A DNA stretch of 62,967 bases, filler included, from Lenisia limosa (GCA_001655205.1; 13 parts of 13 records of this genome joined end to end with filler, not necessarily neighbours in it), one strand, 5' to 3'. Counted from the whole stretch's first letter, positions 12,001 through 25,578 are shown. Program-made: numbers and translations. The notes: a model not told the origin generated them from the sequence alone.

Positions 12001-15000
12001 CGCTAATAACACTTGTATCAGTACAATTATGCCTGTTTTAGTTTGTAACTTATGTAACTCTGCCGACGTGTTCCTTAAGTCTGAATGTACGAACGTTAAC
12101 TCAGTCTGCGGCACCTGTGCGGAACTGAATCGTTTGAATAAGGACATATCTACTTTTTGCTCCATCTGCAAGCCAAATTTCTTCCATTTATCGGAGGGAG
12201 GGCTTGACTCTCGCCTCCCGTGCACTGGTTTGTGGTGTTACCATTCATTATATTCAATCATGACTATTACTGCCTTTTTCTAAAATATAACAAAGCTGTT
12301 GTCAATATTTCAATGTAAACTTTTGCTCTCTTCTGTTCAAAGTTATGTTAGTTACGTCTTCAACTGAGTCACTTTTTTTGTTGCACCCTGGTTTAAAGAG
12401 CGTATTTAAGGAACTGAACCTTTTAGCCTGCACCACCTGTCCGAATACAGGCTACATCACAAATGCCTGTACTCTGGTTAGTGACGGCATCAGCATTGAA
12501 TTCAAAATAATCTCACTCACAAACACTTAGACTTCGGATGCAACATGTGGAGTATGTGGTGACCATAACCGCCAAAGTAACAACGGTGTTATTTGCGGAC
12601 AGTGCCAGTCTGGTTTCTTTAACCTATTTGACGGGGACATTTCAAGTAACACCGATTGTGAAGGTGGGTGGTGTCATAGTAGCAATCACATAATATTTTT
12701 GGAGTTTCCAGCTCTTGCCTCAAGGTTAGTTGCTTAATAAATCTTGTTGAGTTTCTGAAAATGATGACTTTGTTTCATTAGAGTTCCTTCTTTCTTACCT
12801 TGTCATTAACTTATTCGCGGGTTTAATTTAAGGCCATTACCTTGTCAGCTTGTCGACCTTGCAACCAGAACTATCAGTTCCTCTCAACCGAGTGTCAAAA
12901 GGACAGTAATGCACTCTGTGAGAACTGCTCGAGTGTAAATCGCGGCAATGAAGCCGGAACAAAGTGTGGCGCTTGCTTGGATGGCTACTACCACTTCAAT
13001 GAGGACTTCTCTGGCTTCACGTCAGAATGCAGCTGTAAGTGGTCACAGTTTTGAGAGATATGGTGGCTTTCTTAATTCGTTCAGTATGCGATACGTGTGA
13101 TGCGGTGTCGCTCTACCTCAAGTCTGCCTGTACAAACGTTAACGCCATTTGTGAGACGTGTGCCTCACTTCAAAGGCAAGACGCCTCAGGGACCGAATGT
13201 GGAACCTGCAAATCTGGGCATTATGGCTTCCTTGGCCAATTCTCTGGCACATCACAGTGTTATGGTGGGGTGTCATTAGGAAAATTGTATCCTACATTGT
13301 TTCTCTTCTTATCCCATTTTAGAGTGTAACACCTGCTCGAACCTTCAATTCCGTGTCAATTATTGCCAATTGGTATTGAGGGAGGGTGGTGCTTCCTTTA
13401 ACCAACAGTATTCTTAAGGGAGAGAACTAGAAGCGATGTGGAATTTTTCATAAAGTATCAGGATGCATGATAAAAAAAGTTACAGAAGTTTTTCGAGGGA
13501 TTCTACTCCAAATTTCTCATGAAATATTATTAACTTTGTAATAACCGTAATCAGTGCTGGTTTGAATGTTGGTTAAACTGTCTAGTTCCAAGACATTCAT
13601 TGTATGGACTGTGTCGAACGAAACCGTTTGGGTCATGATGGCGAGGTCTGTGGTCACTGTTTGAATGGTTTCTACAACCCAAGTACTGGAGAGAGCGCTG
13701 ACAATACAGAATGTCCAGGTATGATTATTTCGCATTGCACCCCTGACAGTATAACACACCTTTAGAATGTACCTCCTGTGACACAGAGATGTTTGTGTCC
13801 ACTGCGTGTACCAAGGTAAGAGGCTCTCGTTTCTCATGCATCCTCGATCATGCCCCCTTGATTCCCCTTCTATACTCAACTAATGCATCCTTTATTCTTC
13901 CTCGATATTGCTGCTACATCCTTGGTGTTATTCTGAGAAGTGAATTTTCGCTCTTCTCAGCAGAAGTCACCCCTCCAGACGTCAGATACGAGTTGCTCGA
14001 CGTGCAGCTCCAGAAACAGAAAAGGACATGACGGGATCACGTGTGGTCTTTGCAAGACAGGTTTCTTTAACACCAACTACGGCGGCTTTATCAGCAATGA
14101 GTCATGCACTGGTACATGGGATGGCGATCTCTTCACCTGAGTGAGACCCCTGTCATCCTGTTAATCTCAAAAATTTGATATAAGTGACAATATTATGAAT
14201 TCTAGCCTTGATGTTCTCAATAGAAAAAACTGACACCTCCGAAACCCATGATACTAAAAAGTGCAACATGTATATAGCACATTGTGATATAGCTGTAATA
14301 TAGGATTTCATATATATATATATATATATATATGCATTCATACTATATATAGTATATGCATATCATAATAAATATGCATATCATGTGATCATACATACGT
14401 AATATAGTCTGATAGTAAGTTTGTTTATTACCCTGATTTCTCAGTTACAACCCCTGCACATTTTACTTTTAGGGTGCTCCACCACATGCAGTTCTACTCG
14501 CTACGCAGCTGCCCCGTGCAGGGAGGATGCAGACTTGGACTGCCAGCTGTGTACCAGTTTAAACAGAAATGGAAACACCGGTAGGGAATCATCATATTGT
14601 TTATTGGAGTGCGTCCCGACATGACCTTTTAGGTAACACCTGTGGAACGTGCATCACTGGCTACTTTCTTCAGGGCAGCGGTGACACCGCGGGGGTCATC
14701 GCCTGTAAAAGTAGGTCGCAAGCATCGTTGCAACTCTTCAGGTTGCAGGACAGCCAGTACAGCACAATACGTCAAGGAGCCTTGTTCCCCTGTGACCGAC
14801 ACTCTATTCGGAACATGTAGCACCCTCAACCGGGAAGGCCAATCTGGTGATTTATGTGGACCTTGTTTGGACGGTTATTGGCATGCTGGAGATGGAGCTT
14901 CTGACGCCACAACCATATGCCAAGGTGGGGGAGTTTAATTGACATAATAAAGCAGTATATTCACCTCTGCCTGTTTGCCTGTTTGCCTGTTTCACTTCTG

Positions 15001-17262
15001 CCTGTTTCACCTTGCAGCGTACACACCTTGTGGCGAGGAGAACCAGTACATATCCACTGCAACGTGGGTGTTGTGCCGTTGACAACTAGGGCTTCACTTC
15101 TGTTCAAAAAAAGACTGAATTCCCCGAAAACTATCTATATTTCACGGTCTTTTTTGAAACGAAGTGAAGCCATATTGACAACAGAAGCTTTTATTCTTCT
15201 TGTTATTGCACACAATATTCTAACTTCGTTCTATGTGAAAGGGTGGTAATGGACAGCTATTCTGGTTTATATGGTCAGATCTCTCTGAGATCCGGACCAA
15301 AGCCCCCATAAAGCCCTATCATATTAATACAGTTATTAAAGGTATAAACACATTAGGTAGCACAATGGGGTGCCGACAACGGTTTAGAGGTTTTTTCTAA
15401 TTCTTCATAGAATACTGATAGAATCTGGTAGAATTATGATAGAATTTAGTCAGCTGACCATTTTATGATATGATTGTTCTTGTTGTGGGTGTCAATGTGT
15501 CCCCACTTAGTGCTTAAAAAGGAAGAATTGAGTAACACCCGAGGTTGATTCTTGAGTATCATATCTTGAATATAAGCGATGTTAACAACACTTTTGCAGC
15601 TAAATCGTATATTTGTTTCTTTTTATCAGTTAACAATTACAGCAAAACAGCGGATGTTGAGTGCGAAATGTGCTCGTCTCTCAACCGCTTTGGGTGGGCT
15701 TGGTGTTTGCTCTTTCCATATCAACAACACAACTATCTCACACGACAAGGTACAATAACGTTATTTGCGGCCAGTGCCTAGACGGCTATTGGCATAACTT
15801 TGGTGATGTCGCTGATACCAGTTTATGTACTCGTAAGCTACTTCCAGGGTTATAGTGGCGCGTGATCTGATTCCTTTTTATTGCTTGTCATGTTGTAGTA
15901 ATCATTATATCTTCAATTTGAAGTAGCCTCGATTCACACTCACCATTCATCAATTTGTTCATCATTATGAAACCATCTCCCAATATTGTTTATCTTCCAA
16001 ATGATCCTTTTTCTTTTCATTTTTTTTTGTCAAATACAATACAAATATATTAGGGTACGTAAGCTACTTCATTTGAAATATTGTTGTGCTCAAAGCATGT
16101 TTTGAATGTCCACTATAGCATGTCAAATGTACTGCGCTGAAGGCTCCTACATCTCGCAAACTTGCACAGCCACCACGCCCACGGAGTGTGCCACGTGTGA
16201 CAGTTTAAACCGTCTTGCCGGTAACCAAATCACATGTGGCACCTGCACGGACACGTATTACGACACCACGGATGGCGATAAGGCGGCTATTTCCAGCTGC
16301 AGTCGTAGGAGGGCTGGTCTTTCGGTTCTGAATTTTTACAATTGCTAATTACACAGCATGCGCTGTCTGTGCCAACTCTCAATACGTTAACAACGACTGC
16401 ACCACAACCCAGAACCGGCAGTGTCTCAATTGCATCGCTCTCCACCGCAATGACGGAGACAGTGTCACTTGCGGATCTTGTAGATCAGGCCATTTTGCCA
16501 CTGGTGCTGAAGAAACCAACTCCATTCAAACTTGCCAGGGTGAGGTGGTCATGTTCATACATTTTAAAAATAATCAAAATTTTTCAATCTACTGATGATT
16601 TCTTCAAAATCTCACTTGTCCGTTCATTCACCCCATCCCCTCTCAGAATGCAAGAAATGTGCGTCGGATGAGATGGTATCCACTCCTTGCTCAAGCTCAG
16701 CTGATACCGTTTGTGTACAATGCTCGCTATATGGACGGAACCCTAACGACGGCGAAACATGCGGAACATGCAAAGTTGGAACTTTTCTCTTTTCACCACA
16801 ATGGCCATTGTGTCTTGGTCCAGCATTTACGTTTTCAGGAGGACCATTACAACATTGCCAACGGAAACCTCATCGGGTTCACCGATTTTTGTTCAAGTTT
16901 GCAACGGGTTGTACGGGTATAATTTCTTGAGTGACCTTCGTATTCGTTATTCTGATTCAATACCCCGCTCTTTTAGCTTGCGTGAAGCCATCATTCAATC
17001 TCTACGTGTCCACTCTGTGTACCTTGGTCTCACAAGGTATGGCAACTACTATCCTAATGGCTTCCTTCCTTTATTATTCGACGACATAACGCAACATTAG
17101 GATATAATGAGGTTGATTAATGCCTCTAACCCTTTAGCGGTGTATAAAGCCTGCAGTGCCGACTTGCACCGACTGGGTCACCTTGAGAATCGATGCGGTA
17201 ACTGTGAGTCAGGCTACAGCTCTGCGGATCCCAGTGGAACAACTGTGTGTGAGGCTGTTTAA
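9030..17262 (+). CDS. Large cysteine-rich tandem-repeat protein, about 21 modules of ~60 aa with 8 Cys each (TNFR-like CxxC..Y..C..D..C plus NR..CGxC..GYY..C); true 5' end uncertain
   Basis: Successive exons such as ACNLCSGAAIYLKEACQNNKDTVCDSCSNVNRFDSSGDACGPCFSGYYHFDEDSDGHISTC (~10412-10600) and VCSLCDESYHYLKTPCSNVDTVCDTCANLNRL (~10709). Most modules are bounded by phase-1 GT-AG introns. The last exon ends ...GTTVCEAV* at TAA 17260-17262. No signal peptide or TM seen. Confidence 0.88.
15087..15174. mobile_element. MITE family A copy (TA-flanked GGGCTT...AAGCCC hairpin, ~90 bp) in an intron of the Cys-rich gene
   Basis: tAGGGCTTCACTTCTGTTCAAAAAAAGACTG...GGTCTTTTTTGAAACGAAGTGAAGCC, long imperfect inverted repeats; same sequence recurs about 20 times in the window. 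Confidence 0.85.
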
Positions 17263-17884
17263 GGGGCTGGTGGCGCTGTTTAATATTTTTAGTGTAATGA
17301 ATTGAATGTATGATTAATACTCCTATATTACTGACATACTCGACAACTAAACAAAATGAACTCAAAAATACACAAGATGTTGGAAATCCGGCCATCGGCA
17401 CCCATGTCTCAGTGGGACCGATCGACGTCAAATGGAAATAGTGCATTTTTTGTACAAAAACACTCAACAGAAGATGTCTTATATAGTTTGGATGGTTTGG
17501 ATGGGACTGATAATGACTAAACAGTGAAAAACGTTTTGGAATCAAATATCTTACGTGCGTGGAAAATTGGCTAAAAACTGAGTCTAGGTGCCTTCGAGTT
17601 TGATGAAACTAAACCAATTCTTAACTTGCTCATTTTACCGCCGCGAGTCTGGGTGTCAACAAAATAACATGCACTTGACCCTCCTGTTGACAAACTAAGT
17701 CAGAGTAGACAATAAGACAATAAATAACTAAATGGTAGATTTTTTTACAGATTTCCCAGATTTCCCCTCCACCCTGTGTTGCAAGATTATCCAATACATT
17801 CCAAAACGGTACACTTTACACAGAAGAAAGCAACAGCCTGGATCCAGATAAAACTATACCGAAACCCTTGCGAAACACGGTTAA

Positions 17885-20800
17885 TTAGACCAAGAGTGGA
17901 GAGTCGAGAACCGCCACACCCGACGCCACGCCGCCGTCATCCTTATCTTCGGGCTTGGTCCGGACCAGATGTCCCAAGTGCTTATTGTACACCTCACTGT
18001 CGCTGTTCCTTTATCGTTAACGGTTTCATAGATAATAGTAATGAGTACTTTGCGTGGATTATGTTTAAAGCTGAGTCATTGTGGCATTGAAATATTATAT
18101 AATTTAAAATTAATTGCAACGAAGTTAGTTAGCTTCCATATTCATCGTTAGGAACATGCCACATCCAACTCACCCGAGATAGCCCGCAAAGATGCCAAGT
18201 TCTGATACGCACACGTGCTCCGTGGCCTTGAGATCTCGGATCAGATGGTTGCGGACCTTGACGGGATGCACTGAAAAGTGAGTGCAGTTATGGTAGATGT
18301 AGAGCTAAAGAATGGGGGCAAAAATGAAACAGTTCTTCATTGCTTCATTGTGGATTATATGACAAAATGGACTATTGCTGGCAGGGTTATCAGCCAAACC
18401 CATTTTGGGCCCTATTCCATCAACCTCTATCATCATGGATTCTATAATGGTAGCACATCAAATCACAGGATAGCCGCAACCCACCTCTTGACATCAGAAT
18501 AAAAGACCTTCTCGTTTCCTTATCCATTTCCTTCAACTGCGTCACGATATCTTCTCCAAAGAAACATTGTCCTCCACCTTCACGCTAAATTGATGAATGT
18601 GCGAAGTGAGTAAGCTGATCAATGGTAGCATTCAAATAATGAGTTGGAGTTGACATTGACCAAGGTAACACAATCATGCTGAAGGGTAACAAGATTGATT
18701 TAAATCAACAAGAGTTCCGGTAATACCTGTGGCTTCAGGACAAAATCTTCACAGTTTTCAATCGCCAATTGTGCATGAGCATCACCATTCTCCCTGGTGG
18801 GTTAGCAGATTTATTTGTAATTATATCATACAATACAACTTCCACTGCTCATTTCAAAGTAATGAATGAACATAAAAAAGGGATTGCTCATCCCAAATAT
18901 TTAGCACTTCACTAGGATGATTATTTACTTGAATAAGTTTTGCCTCTCATTCAACTTGAAACAAACCGTTCATCAAGGGACAAGAGTGTACCAAAGACTT
19001 TCCTGACACTTTCTGCTTCAACTTGAGGCAAAAACCTTTTGAGGTAAAACCGAGAATCAAAATATCGGATCTGATATATTATATGATATATGATACTATA
19101 TGATATTATCGACCTTATGCAACTGTCACTCACACCATCCACTTGATAAAACTTATGTAGTCCATATAAGGTGACCCGAAATTTTAATATCTGATATTTA
19201 CTTCTTGTACTTATTATAAAACTGATATAATATCGATATACAGTACATAACAGATAGAATATTACACAACACCCATCAAATGCCTACTTTTCAATGACAC
19301 CTTCCTGCGCAAACACTTGTTGCATCTATTCAGTCAAAAAGATAGTTCCCTCCAAAGTAAGGGAGCAAGGGAAGGGGTAAAGTGACAAAACCGCAGTAAC
19401 CTCGCATAACATGCCAAACAGTCCTCCCACTTTCTTCGTTCCAACAAGCTGATACGACACATCAGGACATTTAATTGCGTTTGACTTCTCAAGAAGCGTT
19501 CGGCTTGCCCATAAACCTACAGACCATGAACGCTATCTAACATCCAAAAGAATACTACGCTTTTCCCTGGTCCAAAAATCGGATTACAATATATCACATA
19601 AACAGAAATAGAATAAGATACATCTATAAAACTTGATAAATGCCCACCCCCACCCCCCGGCCGTCTATGACTCACCATTTGGCTCGGTTGCGTCAACATA
19701 GTCATCAGGGCTGTAGCCAGCCCGGAAATACACCACTCCAATTTCTTGCTTTTCTGGGATGATAAGTATCTCTTTCTTTCCTTTGAGCAGGTATTGCTAT
19801 TTAAAACTGGATCACTATTTCAACACTCTAATGAAACGAAGGAGAAGCAACCCACCTTGATTCGGTAATGAAATCTGAAGGGCTCCAGAGTCTGACAACT
19901 CACCATAGTGAAGTACCTGGAAATAAGGACAATATACTATTTGATTGGCTTCTTTATGATAAATTACAGAAATCGGAGGAATGCATCGGTAATACCATGA
20001 TATTATGATACTATTTAAATTGGGACAACAACCCGAAACAGGAACTCTCATCAATGTACACAGGGCCATTGAAACTGAACATACACAGCTGCAAACCTCC
20101 TTCAAAGATGCCCTTGTGACTGGAATACCCTTGGCCTTGAGTTTGTCGGCAATGAGGGTCTGATCAAACACATTAGCCTCCCCTAAATACGTCACTTCAA
20201 TCAACCACTTTCATAGCTAGAGCCCCGGCAGGTCTGAAAGGAAGCCCAAAACTAACCTGGTTGGACAACAAAGAGCACTGATGCTTCTGTGTTGTTGTAG
20301 TTCTAAAGATATCAGGAATGGTAATATGTACATGTGTATATGTAATTATATAACACAACATAGAAGTATGTACTATGATAAACTACTACAGTTCTCTCAA
20401 AGCTCTATGTCAGAAAAGCGCATCCCATTTGCTTTGGCCGCCCAACGAACTTTGTGACACGTTGAAAGGAAGTCCGGTACTTCTGTTGCTGACTTCGACT
20501 GCGGAACTGAAACAGTAACTCTCAAGTTTGAGATTGGTTATCAGTAGAATACTGGTCCTTGATTGATAGTGATACCATCATCTTCACAAAAACAATGATG
20601 ATATGATATGTGTGTATTATTACATATTTCTTTGTAAGTGATGGATTGAAATAGAAAAGGCTTCATTCACTATCACTATACTAAAGTTTGTAATCAGTGC
20701 CAATTGCAAACTGTACAAAAATTGAAGAACTGACCCACCCCCCACTTGAATCGGCCAATTCTGGGAATGTTTCAGCATGTATGGCGTTGATAGAAGTAGA

Positions 20801-22036
20801 GTGTGATGCGAAGGCGGCAGAAATTGTGTTTATTTCAACTGCAGCAGTGAATTTAATATATTTTGCATTCATTACTACCACCATAACTCTTGGGGGAGGG
20901 GGTACAAAAGGTGATAGATGATGTTTTGGGGGAGGAATGGGTCTCCTAGCTGAAAATCCAAAACCCCCAAAAATCATGACTTGAAGAAAGGTTAGTGGTC
21001 CCAACTTACTCTGAACCATCTTGTTGCCCTTGCTGCTGCTTTCATACATATAGTCCTGTCGGTGTATTCCTGCTTTGTACTAAACAATGTGGTTAAATTA
21101 CACTCAATAAAAATAACAAAATTGTTTTCAATTTAAAAACACTTTTGTACGATATCCAGAATGAATGCAATGCAATACAATTCTATCAAGGATTTTAAAA
21201 CGGGTTGATATAATTCTAGAAAATGGAAAGAATTAAATTACAAATAGTTTCACTGAGGGCTGCACTGGTACCCCCTTAGGTCTCACCTTGGAACCTGAGT
21301 TTCTGGTCTCATTGTAGATAGAAAAGAGCTTGGCAGTGAACGGGTCCGCGTCCCCCAACCTATGATGTGAAAACATATGCCTCTATCTCAGAAACCTGAA
21401 ACAGTTTGTTTTAAAAACCTGGATTTTATCAGTCCATTTTCGAACCCTAAAAAAGCCCAGCCCATTTTGACAAAGCCACTATCCTTATTGTTGAAAGTCC
21501 CTATCCACTTGTTATGTAACGCACAGAATTGCTCAAAAACACCGCCTCACATCGAAAATATGTCATTCAGGAAAGAATGTGAACAAGACGCAGCATGCAC
21601 AAGCTTGTTGAGAGAGGATGCAATATCCTGGATTATGTGACCAGGGAAATGAAGATGGTTTGTGATTGGATGACCAAAGATTAACATAGCCACCAGTTAC
21701 CAGATTGAATATTTCAAAGTTAATGTACACCTCCCTACCAAGGCTTGCTGGAACAATTCTTTCGGTATCGGTGATGGATGATAAGTAAAAGGCAGACTGG
21801 ACTCAATCATTGTCTTTGACATCTTCGTCATAGTTTTACTCACGGCTTTCTCCGTGCTTAACCTGCAGTATTATAATACATTCTGAAACTTATGGCTTTC
21901 TTTCCCTTACAATACAACAATGCGTAATAATAATTTAAAGAAACCCAGTTTTCCAAAAAAACATAAAAATAATGTTGACAATCCTCCGAAAGAGCCCATA
22001 CTTGATTTGGTCATTATTAGGGGCGCTGAAGGACAT
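17885..22036 (-). CDS. GSS: Glutathione synthetase (eukaryotic type), multi-exon, apparently complete
   Basis: Exons encode [95 protein letters not shown] and GHLVRTK...[17 protein letters not shown]. These match the conserved eukaryotic GSS motif order (VLKPQREGGG, SELGIFG, RTK, GGVAAG). Confidence 0.95.
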
Positions 22037-22299
22037 TGTGATCAGAGGACGAGTGAGTGATATCCGGCTCAGTCCCGTCTTAATTTTATTAACTAATGAA
22101 AACAGTTTGATTTAGCAGTAGATAGACGCAAGAGGGTCGAAAATAGAGTTCGTCGACAGATATGCGACCCCGGTCGCCGGACACCTTCTTCATTTCTCGA
22201 AACAATAACAGCGCCCTTTTGAGTACTTTATGCTGCTTTGGATTCAAACGACGTAGCTAAGAAGAAATAGAGCAAGTTTTAGCTTAAACAAGCACAAGC
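22037..22299. promoter_or_regulatory. Putative bidirectional promoter between GSS and KIFBP
   Basis: Only ~263 bp separate the two inferred, divergently oriented start codons; inferred from gene geometry, no motif identified. Confidence 0.45.
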
Positions 22300-25200
22300 A
22301 TGTCGGAGTGTTGGAAAGAATTTGAGGAGGGAACCTTCGTCCCCACAATTAACGAAGCTGTTAGAGGGAAGATCAAATAAATAAAAGGCAGAGGCTGTCA
22401 GGGCGGGACTGTTGTCGGATTGTACTACCATTGTTCAACATTTTGTTCAATATAACATGGTGTATTTGGGAATTCATACGTTCTGACCATATGCATCTCA
22501 TTCTTGCAAGTATTTTACTGTCTTGTTGCTTGTTTTTTTTTTGTTCTCTAGTTTAATTTGTTTTCACTGGTCCCCCTTTCACTTCCCCTTTAGGCAGTTC
22601 TCCATGACCAAGTTGCAACGGTAGAGCAGCCCTTTGTTCACAAATATGAGGCTCGGGATAAACTGAAGGTGAGAGACACTTCATGTACTCCTGAGGACAT
22701 GGAACTAATAGGATATGTTACTTTATGGTGTGCTTTGAGATTGGGTAATAACGAACGTGATGATAAGCCTTTGTTTTTGATGGTTTCATGCATCACTCCT
22801 TTTAACCCGTTAACAGGCCCTGCGTTTGAAAACAGTCGAGTTTCTCAGCAATAGTGCTCAACAGAAAGATAAAAAAGCCATGGAATTTGCTCAGACTCAT
22901 GAAGGACGTTACTGCGAGGATGAAGTAGGCTTGGTCACAAAATGACGTAATTTATCCAATATTTCTCTATTAATCCTCATGTTGTATCTGGAAGAAGTGA
23001 AGTCCTCACATTGAATCCTACTCAACTATGTGTGATTTTTATATTTTGTACATTTTTTTAATGCAGTTTATGAATATTTGGGGTCTCAAGCAACCATTCC
23101 ATTCACCCCTCCAGTGGATATCAACCCCCGCGAGTGGCATTGTTGAAATTCTTGATGAAGATGACGAAGGTCTGCGACTTCCTGGGGGTGTAAAATACGG
23201 ATAATATCCAATTGTATAACATTATATTGCTATTATTTGGTTTTTCTGTACCACTGAGATTACACTGAGTGGAAACATTTTGATTGAGAACTAAATGAGG
23301 TATATAGACATTAAGATTGTATGTATGTACTTGTATGTCATGTTTTCGCAAGATTGCAAGAGAAATCGGGAGGATGGTGGCTAAACAAGCATCTTTTTAC
23401 AAAACTCATGTTTTAGACGCACAGGAGACCCAGATTCTGAATAACCTCGCTATTTTGGACTATAATCTTGGTGAGTATGTTTAAAAGCAGTGGGCATGTG
23501 CTGATGCACTGGCTTCATTACAATTATTTTGGCTGCTTTGGTGTTATCACACTTTACTCTGTCACGTTAGTGTCATATTTAGTTACCACGTTAACAATAT
23601 AGCTCTGACGTTTTTGGATACGGATGAGAATCGTGAGGGTGAAGAGCGCATGGCAAGAGCCAGTATGAGGGTGAAAGGGTAGGGAATTGTGATTTTTGTT
23701 TTGTTCCTGTGCTATGGGAACTTACAATCTCTTAAATTTCAAAAGTTCGCTTTTGAAGGGCGTTTTGCATTTGTCTCATTAATCGTAGAGTTTCAGTTCA
23801 AAAAAGTGTGGCTCACTGATCCCAAGTTTGGCCTTGTGCTTCTTGATATCTTCAATAGGTACTGCGTTATTACCGTCTTCTGTCAAATTCTTCAATGTGT
23901 TTCAGTCGTTTTGTCAGATCAAATTGTCCCATGACCTCCTCTGCCCCATCTATTTTTTCCACCACCATTCACTGAGAGAATTTCAATTTCATTCTTCACC
24001 TTCTGTTCATTTCCCTTTATAACTCTCTTCGCAATAATGTATGCAGACTAGGCGTTCTCTGCAGTGAAAGAGAGTCTTTTGATGAGGTGCGCTTCCCGTT
24101 TTGTAGGAAATTTTTTTTTTATTATTTTTTATGCTATTATAATAAGCATATTGCTTTTCTCATTTTTATCATTAGCTTTACAATTCAAGAATAACATTCT
24201 TGTGATATTTTGGCTCACCATTCAGGCATTCACTTTCCTGTCAAAAGCTGAAAAGGTGTATCTGCGTCTCATTACTCTGTCAAACCTTGTTGAAGATGAC
24301 AATGATGTTGGCGGGAATTTTTGATGTGATAAGATTGTAATTGGATGTTGAGCAGGATGTCGATGATGATGTTTTATGACCATAAGCTGAATGAAGAATG
24401 AATTGTGTTAATTTGCATTTGCCCAACTCGGAGATTCACCCAGCAGTCGGACATTCAAACAACGGCCACGTCATCGCACCCTGGCATGCCCCCCGCCTTC
24501 CGCCTAGACATTCTCAACCACGCCCACACGCACACCCTGTTCTATCTCGCACAGGTTTACGCCAATCGTGGCGACGGTGCCAAGGTTAGGGGGGGGCTCC
24601 AGAGCGTTTTGATTGTTTGTTTCGTTTGCTGATCAATTGTCTCGGTTTCGTTTTACCACCAGTCGGCTAAATACTGTCACGTGACGCTGGATCGTCAGCT
24701 CCGCTCGAAGCAGTTTGACAGATTGGTTGGGTGGTGTGATTGAATGTACATTACATTGTGGAATTGCCAACAGGAATATACACGTGATTGTGTGAACGAT
24801 AAACATAATCATACAATGTTCCTAATTTGTAAGTTGCCTGTAGTATCCTGTTTAAACCATTCCAGACCAAACCCCGTAGTATTGGCTGATTGACTGCCAT
24901 GACCTATTCAGGAGTGGGTGAAGAACACAGTGACCTTGACGGAGTACTATCTTGCCAACAACCTTTGGTCTATGGCCGAACACTGTCTCTACAGCGCATA
25001 TCTGGCGTGTCCCAGCTGGGTTAGTAACGCATTTCTTATGATAGGGACTGGATTCCTATCAGTCCTCGATTTTTAGGGGATTTAGTGTTGGGCGAGGGAG
25101 AGGTGTTTATATAGTATATACCTCGTGGGAGTTATGTTAACAAGATAGGCAGATGATGATATGAAAGCGAATATGTTCTTCACGAAGGGAAGAATCCTGT

Positions 25201-25578
25201 CTGCAAGACTTCAACAAGGTATGGGACGGTTGGTATAAGACAAAGCTTCCAATTTGCTCTTGATTTTGATAAACTTTACATGGGGGAGTGTGTTGGTATA
25301 AATAAATACAGAACCTCTACACCACTCAAGCTCTTTCAGCGTCCGAAGAAGCCGAAAAAGACGAAGTTGTACCCCACCCTTGCGTGGTATGTCAGATATG
25401 CTGACTGTTTGGAATAAGAAACTGCAGCAACCCGTCTTTAGCCAAAAGAAATGATATTAGTTTGTATATGACATTCATGTCTTAGTTCTTTTCCCATGTT
25501 TCATCCCCCAGAAGGACCTGTACCCCTCGGAGTCAATGCCTGATGCGACCAATGTCAGAGACAACGACTTCACCGTCA
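22300..25578 (+). CDS. KIFBP: KIF-binding protein (KBP/KIFBP) homologue, 3'-truncated by a contig spacer
   Basis: Exons encode EQPFVHKYEARDKL, LAILDYNLG/ALTFLDTDENREGEE, THTLFYLAQVY, KYCHVTLDRQL and EWVKNTVTLTEYYL...AEHCL. These parallel KBP motifs (PYKSKYSAR, EFHLG..DTEE..GE, THNLYYLAQVY, YCHSTLKRQL, EW..NAATLSQFY). The start at ATG 22300 is tentative. Confidence 0.85.

Noticed and set aside
17840-18000. Plus-strand LVRTRCPKC zinc-finger/LITAF-like segment
   Set aside because: It is the antisense of the GSS terminal exon.
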